From the NCBI GenBank assembly GCA_013239625.1, contig MU054338.1, positions 3,433,371-3,497,370 of the forward strand: a stretch of DNA of 64,000 nucleotides, read 5' to 3'. Positions 11,238-21,389 of the stretch are shown here, piece by piece; within the stretch, counting starts at the first letter, position 1, and every line of letters begins with the position of its first letter. Below the pieces are notes generated by a model. That model made no database searches. It was not told the origin of the DNA and worked only from the letters and a program-made list of their open reading frames with translations. This DNA comes from Lama guanicoe. Lineage: Eukaryota. The position numbers were made by a program, and so were the translations under genes.

Positions 11238-12379
11238 CCTCTGCCCCATCTCCACCAGAGCTGGAACTAGGCCTGAATGTGTGCTTTTTTCCAATTAAAG
11301 CATCCCTGTCCCCTGGACCGTGACCCCTAGGAAGGCAGGCACAGGCCTGTCTCGGTCACCATCGCGCCCGCAGCACCTAACACAGGCTCTACGTATAGCA
11401 GGTGCTCAGTAAATTACTGCTTGTTCAGCGAGTGACAAAGCTCCCGATCCTCACACAGTCACACGTGTGCCCATGTCCCCACGCATGCACACCCGCACAC
11501 CCACACACCCAGCATGCCTGGGAACTGCGAGGTGGCCCCAGGTCAGGAGCACAAGGTGGGGGGACAGGATGCATGAACAGAGGGTCTCCTGCCCCTGAGC
11601 CTCCCATTCAGTCTTCCCAGGGTCTTGGTGGGTGGGAGGGACTGAGCCGGAGCCCCGTGGGAACCTTCCCCCCAGACTCGGGGTGCGGAAGAGGCAGAAC
11701 TACAGGAGTGGGTGGGGCCACATCAGACTTAGGGCTCTCAGAAGAGCCTGTGGCCTCCATTTTAGGGGCAGAAAGACAGCCCAGAGAGAAGCAGCAACTT
11801 GCCCGAAGTCACACAGCAATCCTGACTCTGCTTCAGGGCCTCCCAAGAAAGCTTGGAGGGGTGGAAACAGTGGTCCTGCACGCCTCCTTTGCCACCTGGG
11901 GCCCACTGACCCCTCTCATCATGCCAGGCCCAAATGAAAGGATACTTTTTGGCCTGAGAGAGAAATTTAGAGGTCAGGGAGGGCTGTGCTGGGTGACCAA
12001 AAGGCCGGAAAGTGACTGTTCTGATCTGCCAGGCCTGGGTCCAACAGAGGAGGCTGTAGGAAAGGCCTTCCGGGCTGTGGGACAGCTTGGGCAAGGATGT
12101 TGGGGAGAAGACCGCAGCAAGGCTGGGGAAGGGAAGTGCGGAGGCATGAGGCCAATGGAGTCCAAGCGGCCATTCAGGTAAGAGGGCTAATGGATACCTC
12201 TGGGGACCCAGCAGGTGCCCATTTACCTGATGCAAAACTGAGGCTTCGAGGTCCAAGAGGTAAGTGCGTGCGCATCGGGGGCCCAGGGGAGGAGACCCTT
12301 TTACAAGGGGCGTGCAGGGGCGGGGGTGTCACAGCACTGCACGGCCGGAGGGAAAAGCACTGGCAGTGGCACTACTTAC

Positions 12380-12406
12380 ATATTCAGCTGTGTCGTCCAT
12401 CTCCCA
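12380..12406 (-). CDS. PTPRS: PTPRS 27-nt mini-exon meC (WEMDDTAEY)
   Basis: GCTCAG|TGGGAGATGGACGACACAGCTGAATAT|GTAAGT. Phase 0-0. Confidence 0.92.
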
Positions 12407-12551
12407 CTGAGCGCGGGAGGAGGCGGCAGGGGAGAGAGGAGGAGGTGAGCGGAGTAGCCAGAGAGAAAGAAAGAGAGAAGCAGAGAGGGGGCAGGAGCGC
12501 AGGGGCCCAGGCCCCGCCCCAAACCCAGGCCCCGCCCCGAGCCACGCCCAC

Positions 12552-12760
12552 CTGGGCATCGGCCAGCATGATGTCCTTGATGCGCGGCGGCCCTCGGGCC
12601 TCAGCGCCCTCCATGCGCACGTAGTGGACCTGGTAGCCGCGGATCTGGCCGTGCTGCCGGCCGGGCGCGGGCGAGCGCCACAGCACGCGAATGGCCGTGG
12701 CGTTGCCCGCCTCCGCCTCCACCTTCCGCGGCGGCGCGATGCCAAGGGACTGCAGGTTAA
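12552..12760 (-). CDS. PTPRS: PTPRS exon 15 (FN5); 5' boundary uncertain or aberrant
   Basis: [62 protein letters not shown]. Donor CAG|GTGGGC is clear. The nearest in-frame AG gives a start at 12760. Confidence 0.8.
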
Positions 12761-13946
12761 CTGCGCGCTCTGAGCGCTCGCCACAGGCCGGGAGGGAGTA
12801 CCTCCTTCAGGCCTCCCACAGCCCGGGAGGGGCCCCTGACGGCATACCCCACTTAGACACGGGCAACTTAGGTCCCCCGGAGCCTAGCCGCCTGCCAGGG
12901 CCACGCATGCCCCAGCTAAGAGCTTTATCCACACTGCCTCTATCCTCACAGCACCCCTTCCAGATAGGAGCTCTTATGCTCACTTTATATATAGGTGGGG
13001 AAACTGAGGCACAAAGAGTGGATTCCATGATCACAGGGTTATTAAGAGGCAAAGCTGGGATGTTAACCCAGTTCAGCTGCAAACTCCTATACATTCCAGT
13101 GTGCAGCCAGCCCACTTTGCACTGGGCCTTTTTCTAAGCCTGTCCCCAGCTCAGAGCCCCTGCTGCCCTTGCCACCCCCGCCACCCCCTCCCCCACCCCA
13201 ACGGCCGGGCTGCAGACCGGCCTCATTTCTTCATTCCCCACGCTCAGGACAAAATGTGGGGCTGCCAACCGAACCTTCCAGGCCAATGGCTGAGAAAGCA
13301 ATTGGTCTAGGTTCCTGGGACTAAGAGGTTGGAATCTTACTGGGGAAGCCGCTTGCTTCATGTCTCCCCATGCCCTCGGCTTCTACTGCGTGACCAGCGC
13401 CTTGAAACTTTCTACCTCAAAATCAGCCACAGTGGGAATATTTACACCACAGAAATTGGCCGGTGCTTACAAATCAGTCTCCGTCCCCCAGTGAGCTGCT
13501 TGCTAACCGTTATCAGCGGGCAATCTAACTCCTTTCTAGGTAGCATGGCTCAGTCCCAAGCAGCTCCAAACCCCGACATTATCCCAAGAGTCTAAAAACC
13601 GGGTCTCGGGCACCAGGGACCATAATCTTGCTGCAAGTGCTGCTTGCTGTTGCTTACACTCCGTTTCCATGGTTTCCACCACTGGACCAAAATTTAGGGC
13701 TGCCAGCTTAACTTCCCAGGCCCAAGGCTCAGAGAGAGAATGCAGCCCAGAAAGGTCTAGAATGGAGAGTCCCGAGATCAAGGAGCCAGGGGTGGCTTGG
13801 GGAGGCTGCCTGCTGCGTGCCTCCCTCTCCTGCTTGTGGCTTCTACCTTTTGACCACCAGCCAGCCCCATCTTTCAGGGACAGAAGGCTCCAAAGTGGGG
13901 CCCAGGCTGGGGCCTGCGGGGTCCCCAGGACAGGGCCGGTGCTTAC

Positions 13947-14252
13947 CGTCCTCGTCGGTGCGGACGACCACGGGCGAGCTCTCGGGCCCTGGTCCCACCT
14001 CTGTGTGAGCGACAGCCGTGATGCGGTACTCCGTCCACTTGTCCAACGCCTCCAGCAGGATCTGAGTGGTGGTCGGGGGGATGCCGTTCACCTCCTTGGG
14101 TTGCGGGTCCTCCGAGCCCAGCGGTCGGTAGCGGACGCTATAGCTCACCAGGGCCCCGTTGTGCGTTTCCGGCGGCGGCGGGCGCCAACTTACCAAAATA
14201 GCTGTGGAGCGCGTGCTGACACATTTAACGTCTTGAGGGGGGGCTGACGGTT
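13947..14252 (-). CDS. PTPRS: PTPRS exon 14 (FN4; first exon of the FN4-7 alternative cassette)
   Basis: KPSAPPQDVKCVSTRSTAILVSWRPPPPE...VVRTDED. 306 nt. Confidence 0.96.
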
Positions 14253-14559
14253 CTATTGGAAAAGAGGGGGTGGGGAAACAAAAGATGGGAAAGAGAAAAT
14301 AAAAAAGAAGATGATAACAAACAAAACAGAACCAAACCAAAGAGAAGTCGAACCCAAAAGAAGCGGGTGTCAACCAAAGGTGAAATGGGCGGGTGGGCAG
14401 GTGGGTGGGGATGGTGGCCGGGAAGGCTGGCCAAGAACGCTGCACTCATGGTACAGGGCTGCACTTGGCACACAGTAGGTCTTAGGTAGAGGGTAGCCAC
14501 GGTCCCCATGGAGCACAGACGTGTGTGCCATGCATCATGCCAAGCAGAAGAGCAGTAAA

Positions 14560-16400
14560 AGCCCCATTTACTGGCACCTACTATGTGCCAGGCATGGTGC
14601 CAAGGGCGTCACAGAATAAGGGCAAATGTACTTACTTGAGCACCTACTGTGTGCTAGGCACTGTGCCAGAAGAATGGCAACAAAAGCCTCATTTATTGGG
14701 CACCTATGTGCCGGGCATGATGCCAGAGGCTTTACAGGGTAACAGAAAAGCATCTATTGAGCCCCTTCTACATGCCAAACACCATGCCAAGGGCTTCAAA
14801 GAATTACAGTAAGTATACTTAATACAGAACACCTACTGTGTGCCAGGTACAGCACCAGGAATGGAGTAATAGTAAACACTGGTTTCCTGACTATCAGCTG
14901 TGTGCCAGGGGAAGGGCAGTGCAAGCCCCATTTATTGGGCACTTACTATCTGCTAGGCACATCACTGAGCACTTTCTAGGTTAACAATAAGAGCACCTAT
15001 TTACTGAATACCTGTACTGCCAGGGACCCTGGAGGGCACACAGTGGTTACTTCAACCAGGACCACCCCCTTGCCCTTACCTGCAAAGAAAATAATGCTTG
15101 TGTCTTGAGCACCTACTGTGTGCCAGTCAGCATGCCAAAGGCTGTATACAGTAATAGTAAAAGTCCCTGTGTATTGGGCACCTACTGTGTTGGCACCCGG
15201 CCAGGGCTTTACAGATACAGGTAGGTACATATTTAGCACCTACTGTGTGCCATAGGTTTTACAGATCATAGTTCTTCTGTTTGGAGCCCCTACTGTGCAC
15301 CTAGCACCACACTAAGCCCAATACAGATCAACAGCAAGGCTCATTTACTGAGCACCTACTGTGGGCTGGTCATCGTAATAGCCCCCTGAAGATAAAAGTG
15401 CATGCCAGGCACCGTGCTGAGGCCTTTATGAGCTAACAGCACTAGTCCCCACATACCAGCACCTGTGTGCCAGCCCTGTGCTGGAGGCTTTATTGAAAAA
15501 GAGTAACAGTTCCCACATATTAAGTACCTACTATGTGCTAGGTACTGTACTGAGGGCCCTGTCAAACATTAATAGGTCCCATTTTTAAGCACCTACTGTG
15601 TGTCAGGCACTGGTTTTACTGGGTAACAGCAATAGCCTCCCCATTTAAAGCACCTACTATGTGTCACTCTGCTAAGAGCTTTATTGGATAACAGTAGTAG
15701 TCCCCATGTATTAAGCACCTACTATGTGTCAGGCCCTGTTATTACTGGATAACAGTAGTCCCCACATATTAAGCACCTACTATGTGCAAATGACCTTATA
15801 TTAAAAAGGTAATAGTTTTTACTAAGCACCTACTATTTACACAGTGCCAAGAAACTTGCAGATGACAGCTCCATGTTTTGAGCAAAAACTGCGTGCCTGA
15901 AACCATGCTAGGCCCTTCCAGACTGACAGTGGCTCCCAGTTGAGCACCTACTATGTGCAGAGCACCAGGCCAACATCTTTAAAGTGCCACTTACTGGACA
16001 ATAACATATGCCAGGCACCATGCCAAGGGCTGCAGATAATAATCACAGCCTCCGTGTTTCAGAGACCTACTGTGTGCCCGACACCAGGTTAAGCTTGTTA
16101 CAAACTACTAAGAGCTTTCATTCATGGAGTGCCGACTGTATGTCCAGCACCGTGCTGATCCAGTTTAGACTGAAAACAGCAGCTGCGTTTATGGAACACC
16201 TACTGTGTGCCAGGCAGCACACCAAGCGCTTTGTTAAATAACAGTGTTATCTTCCTACACATTAAGCACCGTGTGTGGTAAGGGCCTTATGGACCGTCAG
16301 TAATAGTCTCCGCATGTTGAGTGCCCACTAAGGGCCAGGCCCTGTGTTCTGGGCATTACTGACAGTAAACCTCATATTCTGTGCACATTCTGCACACTAG
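14560..16400. repeat. Degenerate ~60-bp tandem array built from the L2 3'-terminal motif
   Basis: Roughly 25-30 copies of tt(a/g)agcacctact(a/g)tgtgccaggcac at ~55-70 bp spacing. Confidence 0.85.
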
Positions 16401-19046
16401 CACCCTAGGCCCTCTACAGACTCAAAATGCAGCTCACTGGCTATGCCTTGTTTAATTCGAACGACCCCCCTTGGTGGCCAGAACTAGTACCTCCTACCCC
16501 TACACCATGTTATAGGCAGTGAAACGACTTTCAAAGCTCCCCTGGTTTGCCTGGCATTCTTTCATCGTTGGCAGTGTACCTACTGGGTGCCAGGCCCCAC
16601 TCATCCTGGATGCTCACCTCCCATTTTACAGGTGAGGAAACAGAGGCCCAGAAAAGGCAAGTGGCCTGCCCAAGGGCCTGTGGCGAGAGCCAGGATTTGA
16701 AGCTGGGCTCAGCTGCTGTCTATGGGCTGCCTTGCTTGAGGCTGGGAATTCAGGCCTCAGCCTGTGCCTTCATCAGCTCAGGCCAGTTGAGGATGGGTGA
16801 AGCCACACCCCCTCAAATGCCCACGACCCTAGAGCCCACCTCGCCTGGAAGGAAGCTCAGAGAGGTCACTGGCCTTGCTTGAGGTTAAGGCACACAGAAC
16901 CTTCACCATCATGCCAGCCCTATTTATTCACTGAGTATGCGTCTACAGAGGATTTACTACATGCACACCCCACAGTAGGTTCTAGGACCCAGAGATGAAT
17001 CAGAGGCCCCTGCTGTCAAAACCTCTAGGCTACCTGACTCCAGAGGCTATTCCAATGGCTTACTGCAACCAGAATGACTCTCTAGCCTCACTTCAAGTGA
17101 AACACTGGAGTTCTGGATTCTGAAAGCAGACACTTAGGGGTCCTCACCCCCATTTCTTGACCAGCCACCCCAACCAAAAGTAGCTGGGGGGAATCAGGCA
17201 GGAAGGAAAAACCAATCGAGGAATGTGCCAGAAGGAATGGATTCGCTGAAAAAAAGGGGGGATAAAATAAAACCAAAACCATAATAAAAGAAGAAACAAT
17301 GATGATGGTGATGATGATGAGAAAAACCATAATAAAAGAAAGAAAGACGCCTTCCAGAAAACTCCCAGTCTGGTTACCTACCTTCCACTCTTCAACTGCT
17401 AACTTAAAAGACTTTCTTACGAGGGAGGGAATGGCGGAGCGCTGAGCTACAAGGCCAGACCGAGCTCTGGGTGGGTCTCCGGATGCAAGCTGGCGCACAG
17501 CCCTGCTCAGGCCCCAGTGTGGGCATGCCGCACTTCCGGGCTGGCACTGACGAGGCGGGAAGGTGGGACGGTGTCTGGGGAGACCCACGGCTGAGTGGTC
17601 TGGCCTCCACCTACCCTTGAGTTCAGCCTAAGAAGCCCGCACTCCCCGGGGGGGATACGCCTGGCCCTGAGTCTTGACTGCCAGTTCTCTCGGTCCCCTC
17701 CCGTCTCGGGTTGCGAAGTGGGGAGTCCCTTCTCCCTCACTCCCTGTCCTGGGCCGCCCCAGAGGTTCACGTGGCTGGGCCAAAGCCGCTTTCTTGACGA
17801 CCTTGGAGGCCGTCTCCTTCACAATCCGGCCCAACCTGCGTGATATCTCGGAGGAGGTGGGGTGGGCGTAAACGCGCACAGAGATGTGTGTGTGCAGGGG
17901 CGGGGTTCCGATTCCTGGTTCCTGGCCAGGCATGCCTCTTGGCAGCAACAGAGTTGAGGGGGCTGAATTTGGGCTCCGGACTGTCTGCACAGCCCAGAGA
18001 CACATGGGGCACAGGCTAGGGGACACGCAGGGTGGGCCGTTTTTGTGAACCCGCTGGAGACCAGCGCGTACTCACCTTTGCGGCACCTGTGCCGGTCTCT
18101 CACGTGGCCGCCCAAGCCACAGGACACCCTCACTGATCGCCTCACGCACAAACACGCCTGGAGCTGCGGGGCGCTCGGCTTGGCCCCGGCAGGTAGGGGG
18201 AGGAGGGTAGGGGGCCGGGGGTGGCAGGGAGAGGGGGGTGCTGTGTCTCCGAGGCCCTTGATCCCAGCAGCTCAGACACCCCGGCCCGGGTTGCTCTTAC
18301 TCTCGACTGACCCGTGACCCCCTGTGTACACACGCCCAGGGGGGCTTGAAGGTCTGGACACCAAGGCGGCTTCTGGAACAAGGCCTGGGGTGGCTGCCCC
18401 GAGACTGACTGAGCAGGAGGTGAGGAGAAGAGGAGGGCCGCGGCGGCTGCCACGCGGGCCAGGCTGAGCAGAGAGGACCGAGCAGAGGGAGGAGGGGGAG
18501 ACAGGGAGGCTGCGGGAGGGGAGGCCTGCTTAGGTCCTGGGCTCAGAGCAGGCAGAGAGGGCGGGGTGGGGCGGGGCCACGGTGTGGCCCAGAGCCAGCT
18601 GCAGTGTTCTGGTCAAAGGGGGACTTTCTGTGACAGGGGGGGCCAGGCAGGCACAGCGAAGAACTTCAGGAATTCGAGAGCCCTGTGTTTGGGGAACCCT
18701 GAGCTCCCCCCAGAACCTCACTCCCCCCGCCCCAGCCAAGGGCCATCTGGGGAGGGAAGCGTCTCTGCGCCCTCTGCTCTCTGGGAAGGATGGGGCGCGA
18801 GCTGGGACAGCCTCACGGACCCCTCAAAACGCCTGTGGAATGGGCGCAATGTGGCCATTCCACTGGCCCCAGATCCGGGAGAAGCCGAGGAGAGGAGGTC
18901 CCATCAGCCTCCACTCCCCAACGGCGGGGGAAGCTGGCCTCGGCGGGGCCCCGCGGGCCAGGCCCTCACTGCACCGGCGGGGGAGCGGGGGCGCCGCCGC
19001 GCGGGTGCACGACCGCGGCGCAGGGCGGGCTCCGCGAGACACCTAC

Positions 19047-19191
19047 TGGACTGCAGCGTGCGCTGCCGCACCACCGAGGTGAAGGCGCCCAGGCCCTGCG
19101 GGGAGCGCGCCGCCAGGCGGAAGGCGTACTCCGTGTTGGGCTTGAGGTCGTCCACCACGAAGGCCGTGGCCGGGTCGAAGGTCCTCCCGAC
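19047..19191 (-). CDS. PTPRS: PTPRS exon 13 (FN3, second half)
   Basis: VGRTFDPATAFVVDDLKPNTEYAFRLAARSPQGLGAFTSVVRQRTLQS. Donor CCA|GTAGGT. 145 nt. Confidence 0.96.
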
Positions 19192-19370
19192 CTGGGGACG
19201 GGGCGCGGAGAGCCACGGAGGTGGAGCCAGAGGCAGACGCGGACACCGAGAGAGACGGAGAAAGAGGAAGAGTGAGAGGTGCGAGCGGCGGCAAAGAGAG
19301 CGGGGAAGGCCCACACCCAGGCACAGAGCCGGCGAGACGCGCCGGCCGCCCGCCCTCGCCGTGCGCGCAC

Positions 19371-19504
19371 CTCGCGGCCATGGTCGCCTTCCCGGAACAG
19401 CAGCTCGTACTTGACGATGCTCTCCTGCCGCGGGGGGCTCCACGAGAGCCCGATGCTCGTCTCCGACTTGGCCTCGGCCCGGAAGTTCATGGGCTGGCTG
19501 GGCA
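19371..19504 (-). CDS. PTPRS: PTPRS exon 12 (FN3, first half)
   Basis: VPSQPMNFRAEAKSETSIGLSWSPPRQESIVKYELLFREGDHGRE. 134 nt. CAGCAG tandem acceptor. Confidence 0.95.
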
Positions 19505-20502
19505 CTGCTGGGGCGGGGAGAGGAATGGCACTGGGGGAAAGCCGGGGGAGGGGGGGGGTCCACCGGCAGAGGGGGCCCAACCCGCCAGGTCCCCATTCTC
19601 CTGAAAAGAGACCCATGGAGCTCGGCACTGCCCTGAAGGAAGGGCTGCTCAGCTCTGGATGCTTCTGGAATGTTCTCAACTGTTTGTATTTCCCTATGGA
19701 CCCCCACACCCCTTGTTGTCTGTTGTCTACCTCAGTTCCCCCATCCTCTCTGCTACCAATGGAAAAACACTAAAACAATTCTTTTCAGCTGACTCAACAC
19801 CTTACCCCTCCTCGAAATTCAATTACAGAGAAATTGGTGGGGACCCTAATTTGAAACAGGATCTTCACCCTTCCAAACCACCTGTCCCTTCGTTTGAGTA
19901 ACTGCCTTAGTCTTCCTGGATTTGAGATCCTAGAGCCTGAGCCCATAAGAAAAAGCCCAGAAACTTGCAGAGAGCTGGGGCCCCACACATCTAAACGCCC
20001 CACACCCCCATCCCCAGCAGGCAGGAAACCAGCCTGCGGCCTTTGAGTTGATGCATTTTGTTATTTCAGAACGGGCAGCATGGACCCCTCCAGTGAGAGC
20101 AGCAAACAGGGGTTCTCAAACTCAGATGTGGACGGGGCCGGGCAGTCAGTTAACAGAGAAGAAGGAGGCGAGCGGAAACTGTGCCCCTTTTTTGAGACGC
20201 GGCCGCCAGCATCTATCTGGATGCACTCTAGTGACTGACTGTCGCCCTGTGGGCTTGCCAAATCAGATTCTCCAAGGGTAGCCAGAAATCTGGGTTTTCC
20301 ACAACTTCCTGCTTTCAGTGCTGGTCTGAAAATATTTTAAAACACCATGCAGGACAAATAAACCACGCGTGGCTTCCAGGGAAGACCAGCCGCTGCATGG
20401 TTGGAGACACGTCACTGCACCACTGCCACCTCCTTCCCCCTGATGAGCCGGCCTGGAATCCTGCTGTCCCTGCAGAAGCCAGGCCTCCCTCAGGCATCTC
20501 AC

Positions 20503-21084
20503 CTCCCTGCTGCGTCTTGACCTGGATGGGGTCCGAGAGGGGCCCGTCGCCCACGGAGGTGAAGGCCAGCACGCGCACGGTGTAGGTCTCATCCTGCAGG
20601 AGGCTGCCCACGGTGGTCAGCAGGCTGTCGTCCACGTTGTGCTTCTGCCAGTTGCCCACGGGGTGCTCCGGCTCCGTGGTGTAGTAGATCCGGTAGCCCC
20701 GAATCAGGCCATTGGGTTCCACAGGCTCCTCCCACTGGATGATCATGGTGGTGGCGCTCAGCATGCGGGCCTGCACGTTACGCGGCGCGCTGGCCGGGGC
20801 CTGCTCGCCTGTGCGGGTGACCACTGACTCGCTGGGCGGGCCCTGGCCGATGGAGTTGACGGCTGACACCCAGATCTCATACTCCGAGTTGGGGCTCAGG
20901 CCGCCGATGCTGTAACGTGTCGTGGTGATGTCCTCTTTGATCTGGTACGGCCCGTCCTGGCTCTTGGATTTATATTCGATGACGTAGTAGGACACTGGGT
21001 CTGGGTTGCCTGAGTCCCATGTGATGGTGATGCTGGTGGCTGTGTTCTCTGTCACCACGGGGGTCCCGGGGGCTTTGGGGAGAG
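20503..21084 (-). CDS. PTPRS: PTPRS exon 11 (FN1-FN2)
   Basis: [29 protein letters not shown]...[10 protein letters not shown]. 582 nt. Confidence 0.97.
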
Positions 21085-21229
21085 CTGTGGGCAGAAGGCA
21101 AGGTCACACGTCGGGCATGCTGGCTGCAGATCCTGAAGGCTGCGTGACTTTGAGTCACACCACTGCCCTCTCTGAGCTGTCATTTCCTCAGTGGTGACCA
21201 CAAGCCTAATGACCTCTATCCCATCACCT

Positions 21230-21389
21230 AGAGCAGGTGATGGCAAACTACAGCCCGAGGGCTGGGGACCTGGTTTTATAAACCAAGTTTTATCAGCACA
21301 CGGCCACGCTTACATGTTGCTAACGCTGCTTCTGCACTAATGATGGCCAAGCTGAGACTAGGGGGCCCGTAAAGCCAAAACTATTTACT
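21230..21389 (+). mobile_element. MER58A-like MITE
   Basis: ggcaaactacagcccg...aagttttatcagcacacggccacgc...gcccgtaaagccaaaactatttact. Confidence 0.7.

Noticed and set aside
14560..16400. Repeat-spacer appearance suggestive of a CRISPR array
   Set aside because: Eukaryotic intron. The repeats are degenerate L2 3' ends, the spacers are related to each other, and there are no cas genes.
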